Origin: an uncultured Gemmatimonadales bacterium
Lineage (GTDB): Bacteria; Gemmatimonadota; Gemmatimonadetes; Longimicrobiales; RSA9
Assembly: GCA_963783305.1 (NCBI GenBank)
Contig: CAWAMW010000007.1
Span: forward strand, 591,511 to 655,510
DNA: 64,000 nt
Direction of reading: 5' to 3'
Shown here: in pieces, positions 48,525 through 59,464 of the stretch
How the letters are laid out: each line of letters opens with the position of its first letter
How positions within the stretch are numbered: the first letter of the stretch is position 1
Notes under the pieces: generated by a model
The model's database searches: none
Seen by the model: only the letters and a program-made list of their open reading frames with translations
Told to the model about the DNA's origin: nothing
Translations under genes and position numbers: made by a program

Positions 48525-50036
48525 TCAGGGCCCGGCGATTCCGGTGAACGGGGAACGGAGCAGCGCGGTCGCGCTCTCGTGGGCCAGGTCCAGCAGCTGC
48601 CCCGGGAATATCCCCAGGAGCAGGACGGCGATGGCCGCCGCGACGAGCACCGCCCGCAGTCCGTTGGACACCACCACCGGGTGGGCATCCGCACCTTCGT
48701 CGGCGTCCTGGAACCACATGTACCACGCCACGCGCAGGTAGTAATAGTAGGAGACCAGGGAGGTCAGCACGAGCGTCACCGCCAGCCAGACCTTGTCGCG
48801 CTCCACCGCCGCTCGCAGGATCGCGAACTTGCCCCAGAACCCGCCCGTGGGCGGCACGCCCGCGAGCGAGAGCAGGAACACCGTCATGGTGATCCCCACG
48901 AGCGGCGCTCTCCACCCCAGTCCGCGGTACTCCGCAAGCCCGAGGCGCAGCTCGTGCTTCGATGCGACCAGGTACACCACCGCGAACGCGCCCATGGTCA
49001 TGAGCGTGTACACGGCCAGATAGTAGAGGAACGCCCCCGCCCCCACCTCGTTCGCCGCCGCCACGGCCACCAGCAGGTACCCCGCGTGGGCGATGCTCGA
49101 GTAGGCCAGCATCCGCTTGACGCTGTCCTCCGCCAGCGCGATCAGGTTGGCCGCGATCATCGTCACGAACGCCAGCGCGGCCACCAGCCCGAACCAGATC
49201 TCGTAGAGCCCGCTGAACGCCGTCAGGAACACCCGCAGGAACGCGGCGAAAGCGGCGGCCTTCACCGCGGCGGCCATGAAGGCCGTGATGGGTGCGGGCG
49301 CACCCTCATAGGCATCGGGCGTCCACATGTGGAACGGAACGGCGGCCACCTTGAAGGCGAAGCCCACCAGGAGCAGCGCCATGCCGCCCTTCAGCAGCAT
49401 GTTGGCGTCCACCCCGTCCACGCCGACCGCCGCCTGCACGAGCGCCAGGTTCACGCTCCCCGCGCCACCGTACACCATGGCGATGCCGAAGAGGAAGAAC
49501 GCGCTGGAGAAGGCACCGAGGAGGAAGTACTTGAGCGCCGCCTCAGCGCTCCGCCGGTCCCGGCGATTGACCCCCGTGAGGACGTACACGGCCACGGACA
49601 GCAGCTCGAGACCCAGGAAGATCAGCATCAGGTCCCGGGTCCCGGCGAAGAACATCATCCCCACCGTGGCCAGGAGCACCAATGCGTAGATCTCGCCGTG
49701 CCGCATGCGCTCGTCGCCCAGGTACCCCCAGGAGAGCGGGACGAACAGCAGGGCGGCCCCGAGGAAGATGAAGTTGGTGTAGACCCGGAAGCTGTCGAGG
49801 GCGATTATCCCCGCGGGCGAGGCCTCCTCGAGGGTAAGGAGCCATCCGTTGATCGCGGCCGTGACCAGCAGGCCGATCACGGCGATCCAGGCGATGCTCC
49901 GGTGGGCGGGCACCCCCACCCGGTCCCCACGCCGGAACACGTCCACCATGAGGATGAGCAGCGCCCACACCGTGAGCGAGAGCTCCGGGGCCAGCGCGAA
50001 CAGGTAGTCCATGGGAGAAGCGTAATCAATCACCAT
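48525..50036 (-). CDS. nuoN: NADH-quinone oxidoreductase subunit N
   Basis: EAALKYFLLG, FKVAAVPFHMWTPDAYEGAP, KRMLAYSSIAHAGY. Confidence 0.96.
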   Translation of the reverse strand: MVIDYASPMDYLFALAPELSLTVWALLILMVDVFRRGDRVGVPAHRSIAWIAVIGLLVTAAINGWLLTLEEASPAGIIALDSFRVYTNFIFLGAALLFVPLSWGYLGDERMRHGEIYALVLLATVGMMFFAGTRDLMLIFLGLELLSVAVYVLTGVNRRDRRSAEAALKYFLLGAFSSAFFLFGIAMVYGGAGSVNLALVQAAVGVDGVDANMLLKGGMALLLVGFAFKVAAVPFHMWTPDAYEGAPAPITAFMAAAVKAAAFAAFLRVFLTAFSGLYEIWFGLVAALAFVTMIAANLIALAEDSVKRMLAYSSIAHAGYLLVAVAAANEVGAGAFLYYLAVYTLMTMGAFAVVYLVASKHELRLGLAEYRGLGWRAPLVGITMTVFLLSLAGVPPTGGFWGKFAILRAAVERDKVWLAVTLVLTSLVSYYYYLRVAWYMWFQDADEGADAHPVVVSNGLRAVLVAAAIAVLLLGIFPGQLLDLAHESATALLRSPFTGIAGP

Positions 50037-51708
50037 GGATCGCCTCCGCCGGCGCCGTCGCTGCCACCTTCATCGTTGTCGCTGCTCCCTCGGTTCGGCG
50101 GGGCCTTCGTCGGTCCCGATCTGCCATTCTCTCTTCGCTGGTGACGCGGTCCTCCTGCGCCTCCCCGGCCTCGACGGTGAACCGGCGCGGCGTGGGCGCG
50201 CGGTTGCGCTCCACCGTCTCGATGAGATCCTCCACCGACACCTCGGTCCGCTCCAGGAACGGCTTCGGGTAGACGCCCATCCAGAGCATGACCGCCACGA
50301 GCGGGAGGAGCACCGTCAGCTCGCGCCGGCTCAGGTCCTTCAGGTTCCGGTTCTCCGGCTTGTCCGGCGCGTTGAATACGATCCGCTGGACCATCGGCAG
50401 CATGTAGTACGCGGCGAAGATGACGCCCAATGTCGCGATCAGCGCCACCCACGGGTGCGTCTGGAACGTCCCGATGAGCGCCAGGAACTCACCCACGAAC
50501 CCGCTCGTTCCCGGCAGGCCAATGCTGGTCAGCGCGGTGAGCACGAAGATCGTCGCGAACATGGGCATGACCGCGGCCAGCCCGCCGAACTCCGCGATGA
50601 TCCGCGTGTGCCGTCGCTCGTACAGCATCCCCAGCAGGAGGAACATGGCGCCGGTTGAGACGCCGTGGCTGAGCATTACGATCATGGCGCCCTGCACCCC
50701 CTGGAGCGTCAGCGCGAAAATGCCGAGCACCACGAAACCCATGTGGGCCACGGACGTGTACGCGATCAGCTTCTTCGCGTCCGGCTGCACCGCCGCCACC
50801 CACGCCGCGTACGTGATCCCCGCTAGCCCCAGGACCATCATGAGCAGCACGATCGTCGCATTGGTAGCTGCCGCCGGGAAGAACGGGAGCAGGAATCGCA
50901 GGAAGCCGTAGGTCCCCATTTTCAGCAGCACCGCCGCCAGCACCACGGAACCCGGTGTGGGCGCCTGCACGTGCGCGTCCGGGAGCCACGTATGGAACGG
51001 GAAGAGCGGCACCTTGATGGCGAACGCCAGCGCGAACGCGCCGAAGAGCCAGAACTGCTCGCGGTACGTCAGCTGAACGTCCAGGATATCGATGTACGCG
51101 AAGCTGATCCCGCCCGTCGTCATCTGGTACTTGAAGACGAGGTACAGGATCGCCACCAGCATGAGCAGCGAGCCGATGGCGGTGAAGAGGAAGAACTTGA
51201 TGGCGGCGTATACGCGCTTCTCGCCGCCCCAGACACCGATGATGAAATACATCGGCACCAGCATGAGCTCCCAGAACACGAAGAACAGGAACAGATCGAG
51301 CGACACGAAGACGCCGATGATCCCGACCTGCAGCAGGAGCATCATGCCATAGAAGGTGCGCTCCCGGGCCTGGATGTACCGGTAGGATCCCAGGATCGCC
51401 AGCGGCATCAGGAACGTGGCCAGCAGGACCAGCAGCACGCTGATCCCGTCGATCCCCACGCGGTAGTAGATCCCCCAGCTCTCGATCCATGGCACCGCAG
51501 CCGAGAACTGGAACGCCGAGCTGGCCGCGTTGAACGCGAACCAGAGCGGGATCGCGCAAATGAGCTGGAGCAACGCCACGCCGAACGCCAGGTCCTTCGC
51601 CCGCTCCACCGGCCCGAGCATGACGATCGCCATGCCCACCAGCGGCAGCCAGAGGATGACGTGGAGCGCCCAGTCGCCGTATCCGATTGCCTCGAGGATT
51701 CCCATCAC
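50026..51708 (-). CDS. nuoM: NADH-quinone oxidoreductase subunit M
   Basis: FFVFWELMLVP, KVPLFPFHTWLPDAHVQAP, LLKMGTYG, GLPGTSGFVGE. Confidence 0.96.
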   Translation of the reverse strand: MMGILEAIGYGDWALHVILWLPLVGMAIVMLGPVERAKDLAFGVALLQLICAIPLWFAFNAASSAFQFSAAVPWIESWGIYYRVGIDGISVLLVLLATFLMPLAILGSYRYIQARERTFYGMMLLLQVGIIGVFVSLDLFLFFVFWELMLVPMYFIIGVWGGEKRVYAAIKFFLFTAIGSLLMLVAILYLVFKYQMTTGGISFAYIDILDVQLTYREQFWLFGAFALAFAIKVPLFPFHTWLPDAHVQAPTPGSVVLAAVLLKMGTYGFLRFLLPFFPAAATNATIVLLMMVLGLAGITYAAWVAAVQPDAKKLIAYTSVAHMGFVVLGIFALTLQGVQGAMIVMLSHGVSTGAMFLLLGMLYERRHTRIIAEFGGLAAVMPMFATIFVLTALTSIGLPGTSGFVGEFLALIGTFQTHPWVALIATLGVIFAAYYMLPMVQRIVFNAPDKPENRNLKDLSRRELTVLLPLVAVMLWMGVYPKPFLERTEVSVEDLIETVERNRAPTPRRFTVEAGEAQEDRVTSEERMADRDRRRPRRTEGAATTMKVAATAPAEAIHGD

Positions 51709-51709
51709 T

Positions 51710-53734
51710 CTACAGCCCCACGACGGCCATGAGGATCAACAGCGTCCCGACCGCGATGGCCAGGGCGTATACGTTCACGTTGCCCGTCTGCAGCCGGGAT
51801 CCTACCCAGCCGAGTCCACGGGCGAGGGCACCGGCACCGTTCACGGTCCGGTCGATCAACCCCTCGTCGATGTAGCGCCACGCGCCGCGCGACATCCGGA
51901 TCAACGGGCGGACGACGCCCGCGTTGTAGATCTCGTCCACGTACCACTTGTCGTAGAGGACCTTGGCGAAGCCGCGATAGGCGGGGGTATCCGCGGCCGG
52001 CTTCCGGTGCTGGCGTCCGAGCCAGACCGTGGACAGCACGATCACGAAGACGGCGAGCGCGAACGACAGCACGGCCCAGAAGGCCTCGCTGCCACCGAAC
52101 GGCGCCGCGTGCAGCATCTCCCCGGCGTTGGTCTCGAAGATGTGGTCGGCCTCCTCCATGAGCGGGTGCAGCCACTCGTGCAGCCACTCCGAGTGCGGCA
52201 CCCAGCCGAGCACCGGCATGTGCCCGATGGCCGCCGGTACGTTGATCCAGCCGCCCACGACCGAGAGCGCTGCCAGCACACTCAGCGGGACCCACATCAC
52301 CGCCGGCGCCTCATGGATGTGCTCTCCGGCCTTCCCGCTCCGGTTCGTGCCGTGGAACGTCATGATCATCAGGCGGGTCATATAGAACGCCGTGAGCATT
52401 GCGGCCACCAGCGCCATCACCCACACCACGGTGAACCAGCCCTCGAACGGACCGACGCCGCGGGCGGCCGCCTGCCAGATGATCTCGTCCTTGCTGAAGA
52501 AGCCGGCGAACGGCCATACGCCGGAGATGGCCAGCGTCGCGATCCACATGAAGATCCACGTCTTCGGCATGTGGTGACGCAGTCCGCCCATGTTCCGCAT
52601 GTCCTGGGCGTCGTCCTTCTGGTGCGTGTGGTGGAAGGCCTCGTGCATCGAGTGGATCACCGCACCCGCCCCCAGGAACAGCAGCGCCTTGAAGAAGGCG
52701 TGGGTCATGAGGTGGAAGACGCCGGCGGCGTACGCGCCCACGCCCACGCCCACGAACATGTAGCCGAGCTGCGAGACCGTGGAATACGCCAGCACCTTCT
52801 TGATGTCCGTCTGGACGAGCCCGATCGTCGCCGCGAACAGCGCCGTGAGGGCCCCCACCACGGCCACCGTGATGGAAGACACGGGCGCGAGGGCGAACAG
52901 GACGCTCGCCCGCGCCACCAGGTACACGCCCGCCGTTACCATCGTGGCCGCGTGGATCAGCGCGCTGACGGGCGTGGGGCCCGCCATGGCGTCCGGCAGC
53001 CAGACGAAGAGCGGGATCTGCGCGCTTTTGCCGGTGGCGCCGAGGAACAGGAAGAGCGTGATGGCGGTGATCACGCCGCCGCCGTACACGAACATCTCGG
53101 GCGCCCGCTCGAACACGTCGACGAAGTTCAACGACCCGACGTGGGCGAAGATCAGGAACATGGCGACCAGGAACCCGAAGTCGCCGATCCGGTTCACGAT
53201 GAACGCCTTCTTGCCCGCGTCCGCCTTCTCGCGGTCCTTGAACCAGAAGCCGATCAGGAGATAGCTGCACAGACCCACGCCCTCCCAGCCCACGAACATG
53301 ACCGGGAAGCTGGCCCCCAGCACGAGCGTAAGCATGAAGAAGACGAACAGGTTGAGATACGCGAAATAGCGGGCGTACCCGGGGTCCTCCTTCATGTAAC
53401 CCACGCTGAACACGTGGATCAGGAACCCGACCCCCGTGACGATGAGCGTCATGAGCATGGAGAGCTGGTCGAGCTGGAGCGCGGCGTCCACCTCCAGCGA
53501 GCCCACCGGCAGCCACGACCAGTATGTCCTGACGACCGGGTCGTGAAGCTCGGCGCCGAACATCCCGACGAAGTTGACCAGCGCCAGCACGAACGCGGCG
53601 CCCACCACCCCGGGCCCCACCCACGTCGGGATCGCCTTGCGGGTGGGCCAGCGGAAGGCCGCAACCGCGTTGATCAGGAACCCGATCAGCGGGAGGAGGA
53701 TGATCCAGCCGAGAAGGGTCGGTTCAAAATGCAT
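51710..53734 (-). CDS. nuoL: NADH-quinone oxidoreductase subunit L
   Basis: GWEGVGLCSYLLIGFW, KSAQIPL.VWLPDAMAGPTPVSALIHAATM, HAFFKALLF. Confidence 0.97.
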   Translation of the reverse strand: MHFEPTLLGWIILLPLIGFLINAVAAFRWPTRKAIPTWVGPGVVGAAFVLALVNFVGMFGAELHDPVVRTYWSWLPVGSLEVDAALQLDQLSMLMTLIVTGVGFLIHVFSVGYMKEDPGYARYFAYLNLFVFFMLTLVLGASFPVMFVGWEGVGLCSYLLIGFWFKDREKADAGKKAFIVNRIGDFGFLVAMFLIFAHVGSLNFVDVFERAPEMFVYGGGVITAITLFLFLGATGKSAQIPLFVWLPDAMAGPTPVSALIHAATMVTAGVYLVARASVLFALAPVSSITVAVVGALTALFAATIGLVQTDIKKVLAYSTVSQLGYMFVGVGVGAYAAGVFHLMTHAFFKALLFLGAGAVIHSMHEAFHHTHQKDDAQDMRNMGGLRHHMPKTWIFMWIATLAISGVWPFAGFFSKDEIIWQAAARGVGPFEGWFTVVWVMALVAAMLTAFYMTRLMIMTFHGTNRSGKAGEHIHEAPAVMWVPLSVLAALSVVGGWINVPAAIGHMPVLGWVPHSEWLHEWLHPLMEEADHIFETNAGEMLHAAPFGGSEAFWAVLSFALAVFVIVLSTVWLGRQHRKPAADTPAYRGFAKVLYDKWYVDEIYNAGVVRPLIRMSRGAWRYIDEGLIDRTVNGAGALARGLGWVGSRLQTGNVNVYALAIAVGTLLILMAVVGL

Positions 53735-53800
53735 ATCAGCGCCCCCTGCCCATCAGAGGACCGCAATCCGCGGTCGGCGCGTTGAGAACGAGGAGCTTCA

Positions 53801-54094
53801 TTACCACCTGAGGAGGTTGAAGTCCTTGGTGTCGACCGTCTCGAGGAGACGGAAGATGGAGATGATGATCGCGAGGCCCACCGCCGCTTCCGCGGCCGCC
53901 ACGGTCATCACGAAGAAGACGAACACCTGTCCCTCGATGCCCACCTGCTGCGAGATCGCCACGAACGCGAGGTTCGCGGCGTTCAGCATGAGCTCGACGC
54001 ACATGAACAGGATGATGGCGTTCCTGCGGATCACCACCCCTGCGACACCGATGGAGAACAGGAGCCCGGACAGGACCAGAGTTTCTGTCAGCAC
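53801..54094 (-). CDS. nuoK: NADH-quinone oxidoreductase subunit K
   Basis: [29 protein letters not shown] start at 54094. Confidence 0.95.
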   Translation of the reverse strand: MLTETLVLSGLLFSIGVAGVVIRRNAIILFMCVELMLNAANLAFVAISQQVGIEGQVFVFFVMTVAAAEAAVGLAIIISIFRLLETVDTKDFNLLRW

Positions 54095-54095
54095 G

Positions 54096-54614
54096 TCACA
54101 CCCTCCGCTTCGCCAGCAGGATGGCGCCGATGATCGCCGCGAGCAGCAGCAGCGACGTGATCTCGAATCCCACCACATACTCCTGGAACAGCGGCATGGC
54201 CACCGCGCCGACCGCCCCGTGCTCCGCCAGGGCGACGGACGGCAGCAACCCGGGTCCGGGCTCCAGCAGCAGCGTGGGGCTGCGGAAGATGCCGGTGATC
54301 GTCCAGGCCAGTAGCCCGAACACCGCCGAGCCCGCCGCGATCCAGCCGGCGCCCCGCAGGTCCGACTCGTAGTCGTGGCCCAGGTTGAGCAGCATGATCA
54401 CGAACAGGAAGAGCACCATGATGGCGCCCGCGTAAACGATCACCTGGACAGCCGCGATGAAGTGCGCCTCCATCAACAGGAAGAGCGCGCCGAGGCTGAA
54501 CAGCGTGAGCACGAGCGACATGAGGCTGGCCACGGGGCTCCGCCCCGCCACCATCCCTACGCTGCCGCCCAGCGCCATGAACGCGAATATGAACCAGAGG
54601 ACTTCCATGATCAC
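54096..54614 (-). CDS. nuoJ: NADH-quinone oxidoreductase subunit J
   Basis: [29 protein letters not shown]. Confidence 0.95.
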   Translation of the reverse strand: MIMEVLWFIFAFMALGGSVGMVAGRSPVASLMSLVLTLFSLGALFLLMEAHFIAAVQVIVYAGAIMVLFLFVIMLLNLGHDYESDLRGAGWIAAGSAVFGLLAWTITGIFRSPTLLLEPGPGLLPSVALAEHGAVGAVAMPLFQEYVVGFEITSLLLLAAIIGAILLAKRRV

Positions 54615-55108
54615 TCGGAAAGTGGGTCGCTGGGGTCCCAGAGCGCGGTGACCGGATGGTCCTGCGCCATGAGGCGGTCCAGATCGTAAACGAAACGTTC
54701 ACGCGTAAACTCCGCCGCCTCGTAATCCTGCCCCACGTGAATGGCCTCCACGGGGCAGACTTCCTGACACATTCCGCAGAAGATGCAGCGGAACTCGTCG
54801 ATCTCGTAGACGATCGGGTACCGGTTCCCCTGATCGTCCTCGCCCGGCACGAGGCGGATGCAGTTGGCCGGGCAGATCGTCGGACAGAGGCCGCACGCCA
54901 CGCACTTCGGGCGGCCGTCCGCATGCACTTCCATGCGGTGCGTGCCCCGCCAGCGCGGCGAAATCGGCGACTTCTCGTCCGGGTACTCCTGCGTCACCGC
55001 CTTCTCGCTCACGAGGTGCCGGAACGTCAAGGCCATACCCTTGAACGCGGCCCTCAGGTAGCTCGTCCCGCTCTCCGGACGATGGACCTTCTTGACTCCG
55101 ATCGCCAT
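54611..55108 (-). CDS. nuoI: NADH-quinone oxidoreductase subunit I
   Basis: CVACGLCPTICP and CIFCGMCQEVCP (two [4Fe-4S] motifs). Confidence 0.96.
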   Translation of the reverse strand: MAIGVKKVHRPESGTSYLRAAFKGMALTFRHLVSEKAVTQEYPDEKSPISPRWRGTHRMEVHADGRPKCVACGLCPTICPANCIRLVPGEDDQGNRYPIVYEIDEFRCIFCGMCQEVCPVEAIHVGQDYEAAEFTRERFVYDLDRLMAQDHPVTALWDPSDPLSE

Positions 55109-55137
55109 CTAACGTCCTCCCTCTCGTCGCTGCCCCA

Positions 55138-56433
55138 TCATGCCCCCGTCCCCACCAGCTCGTCCTGCCGTTCTTCCACGACCCGCGCCTCCGGCTCCCG
55201 CGGCTCCACGGTCCGCCGCGCCGAGCCACCCTTGATCACCCGATCACTGTCCAGGACCCACAGGAATACGAAGGTCGCCGCCAGGTTCACCGCCGTGAGG
55301 ATCAGACCGTAGCCGAGCCCGTACGGCACGCCCAGCGTGTCCAGCACCAGGATGGTGACGGCCACGAGCATGATGTACGCGAGCGACGTGGGCAGGAGCG
55401 CCTTCCAGCCCAGGTCCATGATCTGGTCGTAGCGGAAGCGCGGCACCGTCCAGCGCACCCAGATGAACACGAAGGCGAAGAAGAGCGTCTTGAGGCCGAA
55501 GGAGAAGAAGGTCAGCAGCGAGATCCACCACGCCGGCTCCGCTCCCTGCACGATCCCGCCGGCCAGCACCCGCATGTTGTCCCCCTGCCAGAAGGGGATG
55601 TCCCACCCACCGAAGAAGAGGGTGGCCATGAGCGCCGACTGCGTCAGCAGGTGGGCGTACTCGCCCATCATGAAGACGCTGAACTTCATCGAGGAGTACT
55701 CGGCGTGATAGCCGGCCACGAGCTCGCTCTCGGCCTCCGGCATGTCGAACGGCAGACGGTTGGTCTCGGCGAACGAGGAGATGACGAACAGGAAGAAGGC
55801 GAGCCCGAGCGGGAAGGCGAACCAGATCCCCAGCCCCTCCTGCTGGTACCAGACCACATCCGTCAGCGTGACGTTCCCGATGAGCATGAAGATCGGGATC
55901 AGGCTCATGCCGAGCGCCACCTCGTAGCTCACCATCTGCGCCGATGCCCGGAGTCCACCCAGGAACGCGTACTTGTTGTTCGACGACCACCCGGCCAGGA
56001 ACGCGCCGTATACCCCGAGGCTCGAGAACGCCAGGATGAACAGGATGCCCATTGGCACGTCGGCCACGATCATGTCCACGAGGCCCCACGGCGTCGGCAG
56101 GGGCGCCGCCCACGGGATCACCGCGAAGAGGACGAATGACGGGGCCAGCGCCAGGATCGGCGCGAGCACGAAGTAGAACCGGGACGCCTCCCCCGGCATC
56201 GTCTCTTCCTTGATGAAGTTCTTGAGGCCGTCGGCGATGGGCTGGAGCAGGCCCAGCGGCCCCACGCGGTTCGGTCCCAGCCGGTCCTGCATGAACGCAG
56301 CGAACCGCCGCTCCGCCAGCGTCCACATGGCCACCGTGAGCAGCGTCACCACGAACGCCACCAGCATCTTGATCAGCGATATCCAGAAAAAGGCCGTGTC
56401 CGACAGCGCGCCCAGCTCGTAGAGCGGTTCCAT
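55138..56433 (-). CDS. nuoH: NADH-quinone oxidoreductase subunit H
   Basis: QDRLGPNRVGP.GLLQPIADGLK, AETNRLPFD.PEAESELVAG, PRFRYDQ. Confidence 0.97.
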   Translation of the reverse strand: MEPLYELGALSDTAFFWISLIKMLVAFVVTLLTVAMWTLAERRFAAFMQDRLGPNRVGPLGLLQPIADGLKNFIKEETMPGEASRFYFVLAPILALAPSFVLFAVIPWAAPLPTPWGLVDMIVADVPMGILFILAFSSLGVYGAFLAGWSSNNKYAFLGGLRASAQMVSYEVALGMSLIPIFMLIGNVTLTDVVWYQQEGLGIWFAFPLGLAFFLFVISSFAETNRLPFDMPEAESELVAGYHAEYSSMKFSVFMMGEYAHLLTQSALMATLFFGGWDIPFWQGDNMRVLAGGIVQGAEPAWWISLLTFFSFGLKTLFFAFVFIWVRWTVPRFRYDQIMDLGWKALLPTSLAYIMLVAVTILVLDTLGVPYGLGYGLILTAVNLAATFVFLWVLDSDRVIKGGSARRTVEPREPEARVVEERQDELVGTGA

Positions 56434-58130
56434 CAGACTCCCTCCCCGGCCGCCAGCCGGACCGGCTCATTGAGCAGCGCGCCCCGCGTCCCGATCTGCG
56501 GATACGTGAGCCCCGTCAGCGGCTCGTACAGCTGCGCGATCCGGAGGAAAGCGTCGCCGGCCGTGGCCGGCGCCACCCCGTCCTCGAGGCCCGCCAGCAC
56601 TACGCCCAGGACCTGCCATGCGGGCCGGGCCATGGGCGGCGGGTTCAGCGCGGGCCAGAAGCGTTGCACCCGACCCTCGAAGTTCGTGAACGTCCCCTCC
56701 TGCTCGGCGTAGCTCGTGACCGGCAGGACGAAATCGGCTCCGGCCAGGGCCGGGCTGCCCACCGTCCCCAGGTACACCACCAGCTCCGCGCCGTCGGCGA
56801 AGCCCTCCGGCAGGTCGGACAGCGGGTCGCCCAGTACAATCAGCGCGCCCGTGGGGCTCGACAGTCCGCCGGTTCCCGCGTCATCTCCCACACGCTGGAA
56901 CCCGAACACGTCCAGACCGCGCCCGTTGGCTGAAAGGTCACGCCTGCGAGTGAGCTTTGCGAAGCCGGGCAGTGTCACCTCATCCTCGGCCCGGGGCGAG
57001 CGGTAGACCGCATCGCCCCCGCCCAGAACCTGCTGGAGCCGCCGGAGCAGCCCCGTGTCCTCGTTGGCGTGGTAGGGGGACCCGACGACCGTCACGCCGC
57101 CCGAGACCGCCTTCAGCCGATCGACCAGCGCGGTGACGGCCTCCTTCCAGTTCGCCGTCCGGAGCCCGCTGCCGTCCCTCACCAGCGGCTCATCGAGCCG
57201 GGTGCCGGAACCCGGCCCGCCCGGCGTGCTGCCGCCCCGGCTGCCTTCGGCGACCTCGACGTTCGAGTTCTTCGCCCTGGGCAGGGCATTGACGCCTCGG
57301 TTCATCCACTCGTACCGGTACCGGCCGTAATCGCACATCCAGTACGAGTTCACGTCGGGGTTGTGCCGTGGCTTCAGCCGCTGCACGAGGTTGTCGCGCG
57401 TGTCCAGCGTGATGTTGCACCCCTGCGAGCAGTTCGGGCAGATGGACGGCGTGCGGTCCAGGTCCCATGCCCGCGCCTTGTGGAGGAAGTCCTTCGACAG
57501 AAGCGCACCGACCGGGCAGATATCGATCACGTTGCTCGCGAACGCCGACTCCTCGAGGCCGGTGTCGAAGAAGGTGTCGATGACCGACCGACTCCCGCGC
57601 TGGACCACGCAGAGCTGCTCGTCCTCGTGCACCTCGCGCATGAACCGGACGCACCGTGTGCACATGATGCAGCGGTCGCCGTCGTAGACGACGTCCCCGC
57701 CGAAGTCGTCCTGGCCCAGGACCATCTTGGGCTCTTTGAATCGCCCGTGTTTCGGCCCCTCCTGGTGCACGAAATCCTGGAGCTTGCACTCGCCGGACGC
57801 ATCGCAGATCGGGCAGTCCAGCGGATGGTTGATCAGGTAGAACTCCAGCACGCCCTTGCGCGCCTCTTCGGCGGGCTCGGCGTCCGTGCGGATCACGGCC
57901 CCATCGGTGACCGTCGAGACGCACGCCGGCTGCAGCTTCGGCGCGCCCTCCACCTCCACCAGGCACATCCGGCACATGGCCGGAGCCGAAAGAGCGGGAT
58001 GGTAGCAGTAGTGCGTAATCCCGATCCCCAACCGCTCGGCGGCCTCGATGATCCGGGTCCCCTTCGGGACCGTCACCTCACGCCCGTCGATCGTGGCGGT
58101 TACGGTATCCGTTTGCTGTCCGTTTGCCAT
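56433..58130 (-). CDS. nuoG: NADH-quinone oxidoreductase subunit G (short form)
   Basis: YCYHP..CRMCLVE, NHPLDCPICD.SGEC.LQD, CIMCTRCVRF, ICPVGAL, CPNCSQGC. Confidence 0.92.
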   Translation of the reverse strand: MANGQQTDTVTATIDGREVTVPKGTRIIEAAERLGIGITHYCYHPALSAPAMCRMCLVEVEGAPKLQPACVSTVTDGAVIRTDAEPAEEARKGVLEFYLINHPLDCPICDASGECKLQDFVHQEGPKHGRFKEPKMVLGQDDFGGDVVYDGDRCIMCTRCVRFMREVHEDEQLCVVQRGSRSVIDTFFDTGLEESAFASNVIDICPVGALLSKDFLHKARAWDLDRTPSICPNCSQGCNITLDTRDNLVQRLKPRHNPDVNSYWMCDYGRYRYEWMNRGVNALPRAKNSNVEVAEGSRGGSTPGGPGSGTRLDEPLVRDGSGLRTANWKEAVTALVDRLKAVSGGVTVVGSPYHANEDTGLLRRLQQVLGGGDAVYRSPRAEDEVTLPGFAKLTRRRDLSANGRGLDVFGFQRVGDDAGTGGLSSPTGALIVLGDPLSDLPEGFADGAELVVYLGTVGSPALAGADFVLPVTSYAEQEGTFTNFEGRVQRFWPALNPPPMARPAWQVLGVVLAGLEDGVAPATAGDAFLRIAQLYEPLTGLTYPQIGTRGALLNEPVRLAAGEGV

Positions 58131-58147
58131 TCTTTATCCCTGCCCGT

Positions 58148-59464
58148 TCAGATCGTGGCGGCGGCGGCCGCTCGCCCTGACCCCACCCCGCTGCGTCGAC
58201 CCACAAGCCGCTCGACATCCTCGGGGAACTTGTTGACCCAGCTCGTGATCGGTGCGCCCGCCGAGTCGCTCAGCACGCAGATCGTCGTGCCCGTGGCGTT
58301 CTTGGCCACGTTCAGCAGCGTGTCGATATCCTCGGGCGTCCCGTGCCCCGCTTCGATCCGGCGGAGGATCTTTGACATCCAACTGGTCCCCTCACGGCAC
58401 GGCGTGCACTGCCCGCAGCTTTCGTGGGCGTAGAAATCCACCATCCGGCGAACCTGCGTCACCAGCTCCGTCTGATCATCCATGACGATCATCGACGCGG
58501 TTCCCAGCATGCTCCCGGCGGCGGCCACGCTCTCATAGTCGCACGCCAGTCCCTGGATCTCGTCGGCCGTAAGCATCGGCACGGAGCTTCCGCCCGGGAT
58601 CACCGCCTTCAGCTTCCGACCGTTCCGGATCCCGCCGCAGATGTCGTAGATCAGCTCGTCCATGGGGAAGCCCAGCGGCAGCTCGTAGTTCCCGCGGCGG
58701 ACCACGTGGCCGCTCACGTTGAACATCTTCGTGCCCGGGCTCTTCTCGGGGCCCCACTGACGGTACCAGGCGCCGCCGTTGTTCATGATGTGCGGCACGC
58801 TGCACACCGTTTCCACGTTGTTGATCGTGGTGGGCGCGGCGAAGGCTCCGCTCGCTGCCGGGAAGGGCGGCTTGATCCGCGGCTGACCACGGCGCCCTTC
58901 CAGCGAGTTCATCAGCGCCGTCTCCTCGCCGCAGATGTACGCGCCCGCGCCGAGGTGGATCGTCACGTCGATCGTGTGCCCGCTGCCCATGGCGTTCTTC
59001 CCGGCGATGCCCGCTTCGTACGCCTCCTCGATCGCGCGACCCAGGATCTGGGCGGGCTCGAAGAACTCGCCGCGGATGTAGATGTAGACGTGCTCGGCTC
59101 GGATCGCGTGGGCTCCGATCATGGCGCCCTCGATCACCTGGTGGGGCGTCCACCGCATGAGCTCCCGGTCCTTGAACGCACCCGGCTCCGACTCATCCGC
59201 GTTGATGAGCATGTAGTGCGGCCCCTGCTTCTCCTTCGGCATGAAGCTCCACTTCACGCCCGTGGGGAAGCCCGCGCCGCCCCGCCCCCTGAGGCCGCTG
59301 GACTTGACCTCGTCCACCACCTCCTCCGGGGTCATCCCCAGCGCCTTCTCCAGCGCCGCGTAGCCGCCGAGCTTCTTCCAGCCCGCGACCGTGCGGGTCG
59401 CCGGGTCGCCGAACCCACGGCTCATGACCCGGACCTCGCGCTCGTGCGTGTACGGGTATGCCAT
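58148..59464 (-). CDS. nuoF: NADH-quinone oxidoreductase subunit F
   Basis: GLRGRGGAGFPTG.KW, NADESEPG.FKDR, GAYICGEETAL, ESCGQCTPCREG. Start MAYPYTHE. Confidence 0.97.
   Translation of the reverse strand: MAYPYTHEREVRVMSRGFGDPATRTVAGWKKLGGYAALEKALGMTPEEVVDEVKSSGLRGRGGAGFPTGVKWSFMPKEKQGPHYMLINADESEPGAFKDRELMRWTPHQVIEGAMIGAHAIRAEHVYIYIRGEFFEPAQILGRAIEEAYEAGIAGKNAMGSGHTIDVTIHLGAGAYICGEETALMNSLEGRRGQPRIKPPFPAASGAFAAPTTINNVETVCSVPHIMNNGGAWYRQWGPEKSPGTKMFNVSGHVVRRGNYELPLGFPMDELIYDICGGIRNGRKLKAVIPGGSSVPMLTADEIQGLACDYESVAAAGSMLGTASMIVMDDQTELVTQVRRMVDFYAHESCGQCTPCREGTSWMSKILRRIEAGHGTPEDIDTLLNVAKNATGTTICVLSDSAGAPITSWVNKFPEDVERLVGRRSGVGSGRAAAAATI

Noticed and set aside
48579..53785. Long + strand ORFs opposite nuoN/M/L (521, 253, 751 aa)
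   Set aside because: Antisense to conserved complex I genes. The His/Gln/Arg-rich composition is typical of shadows.
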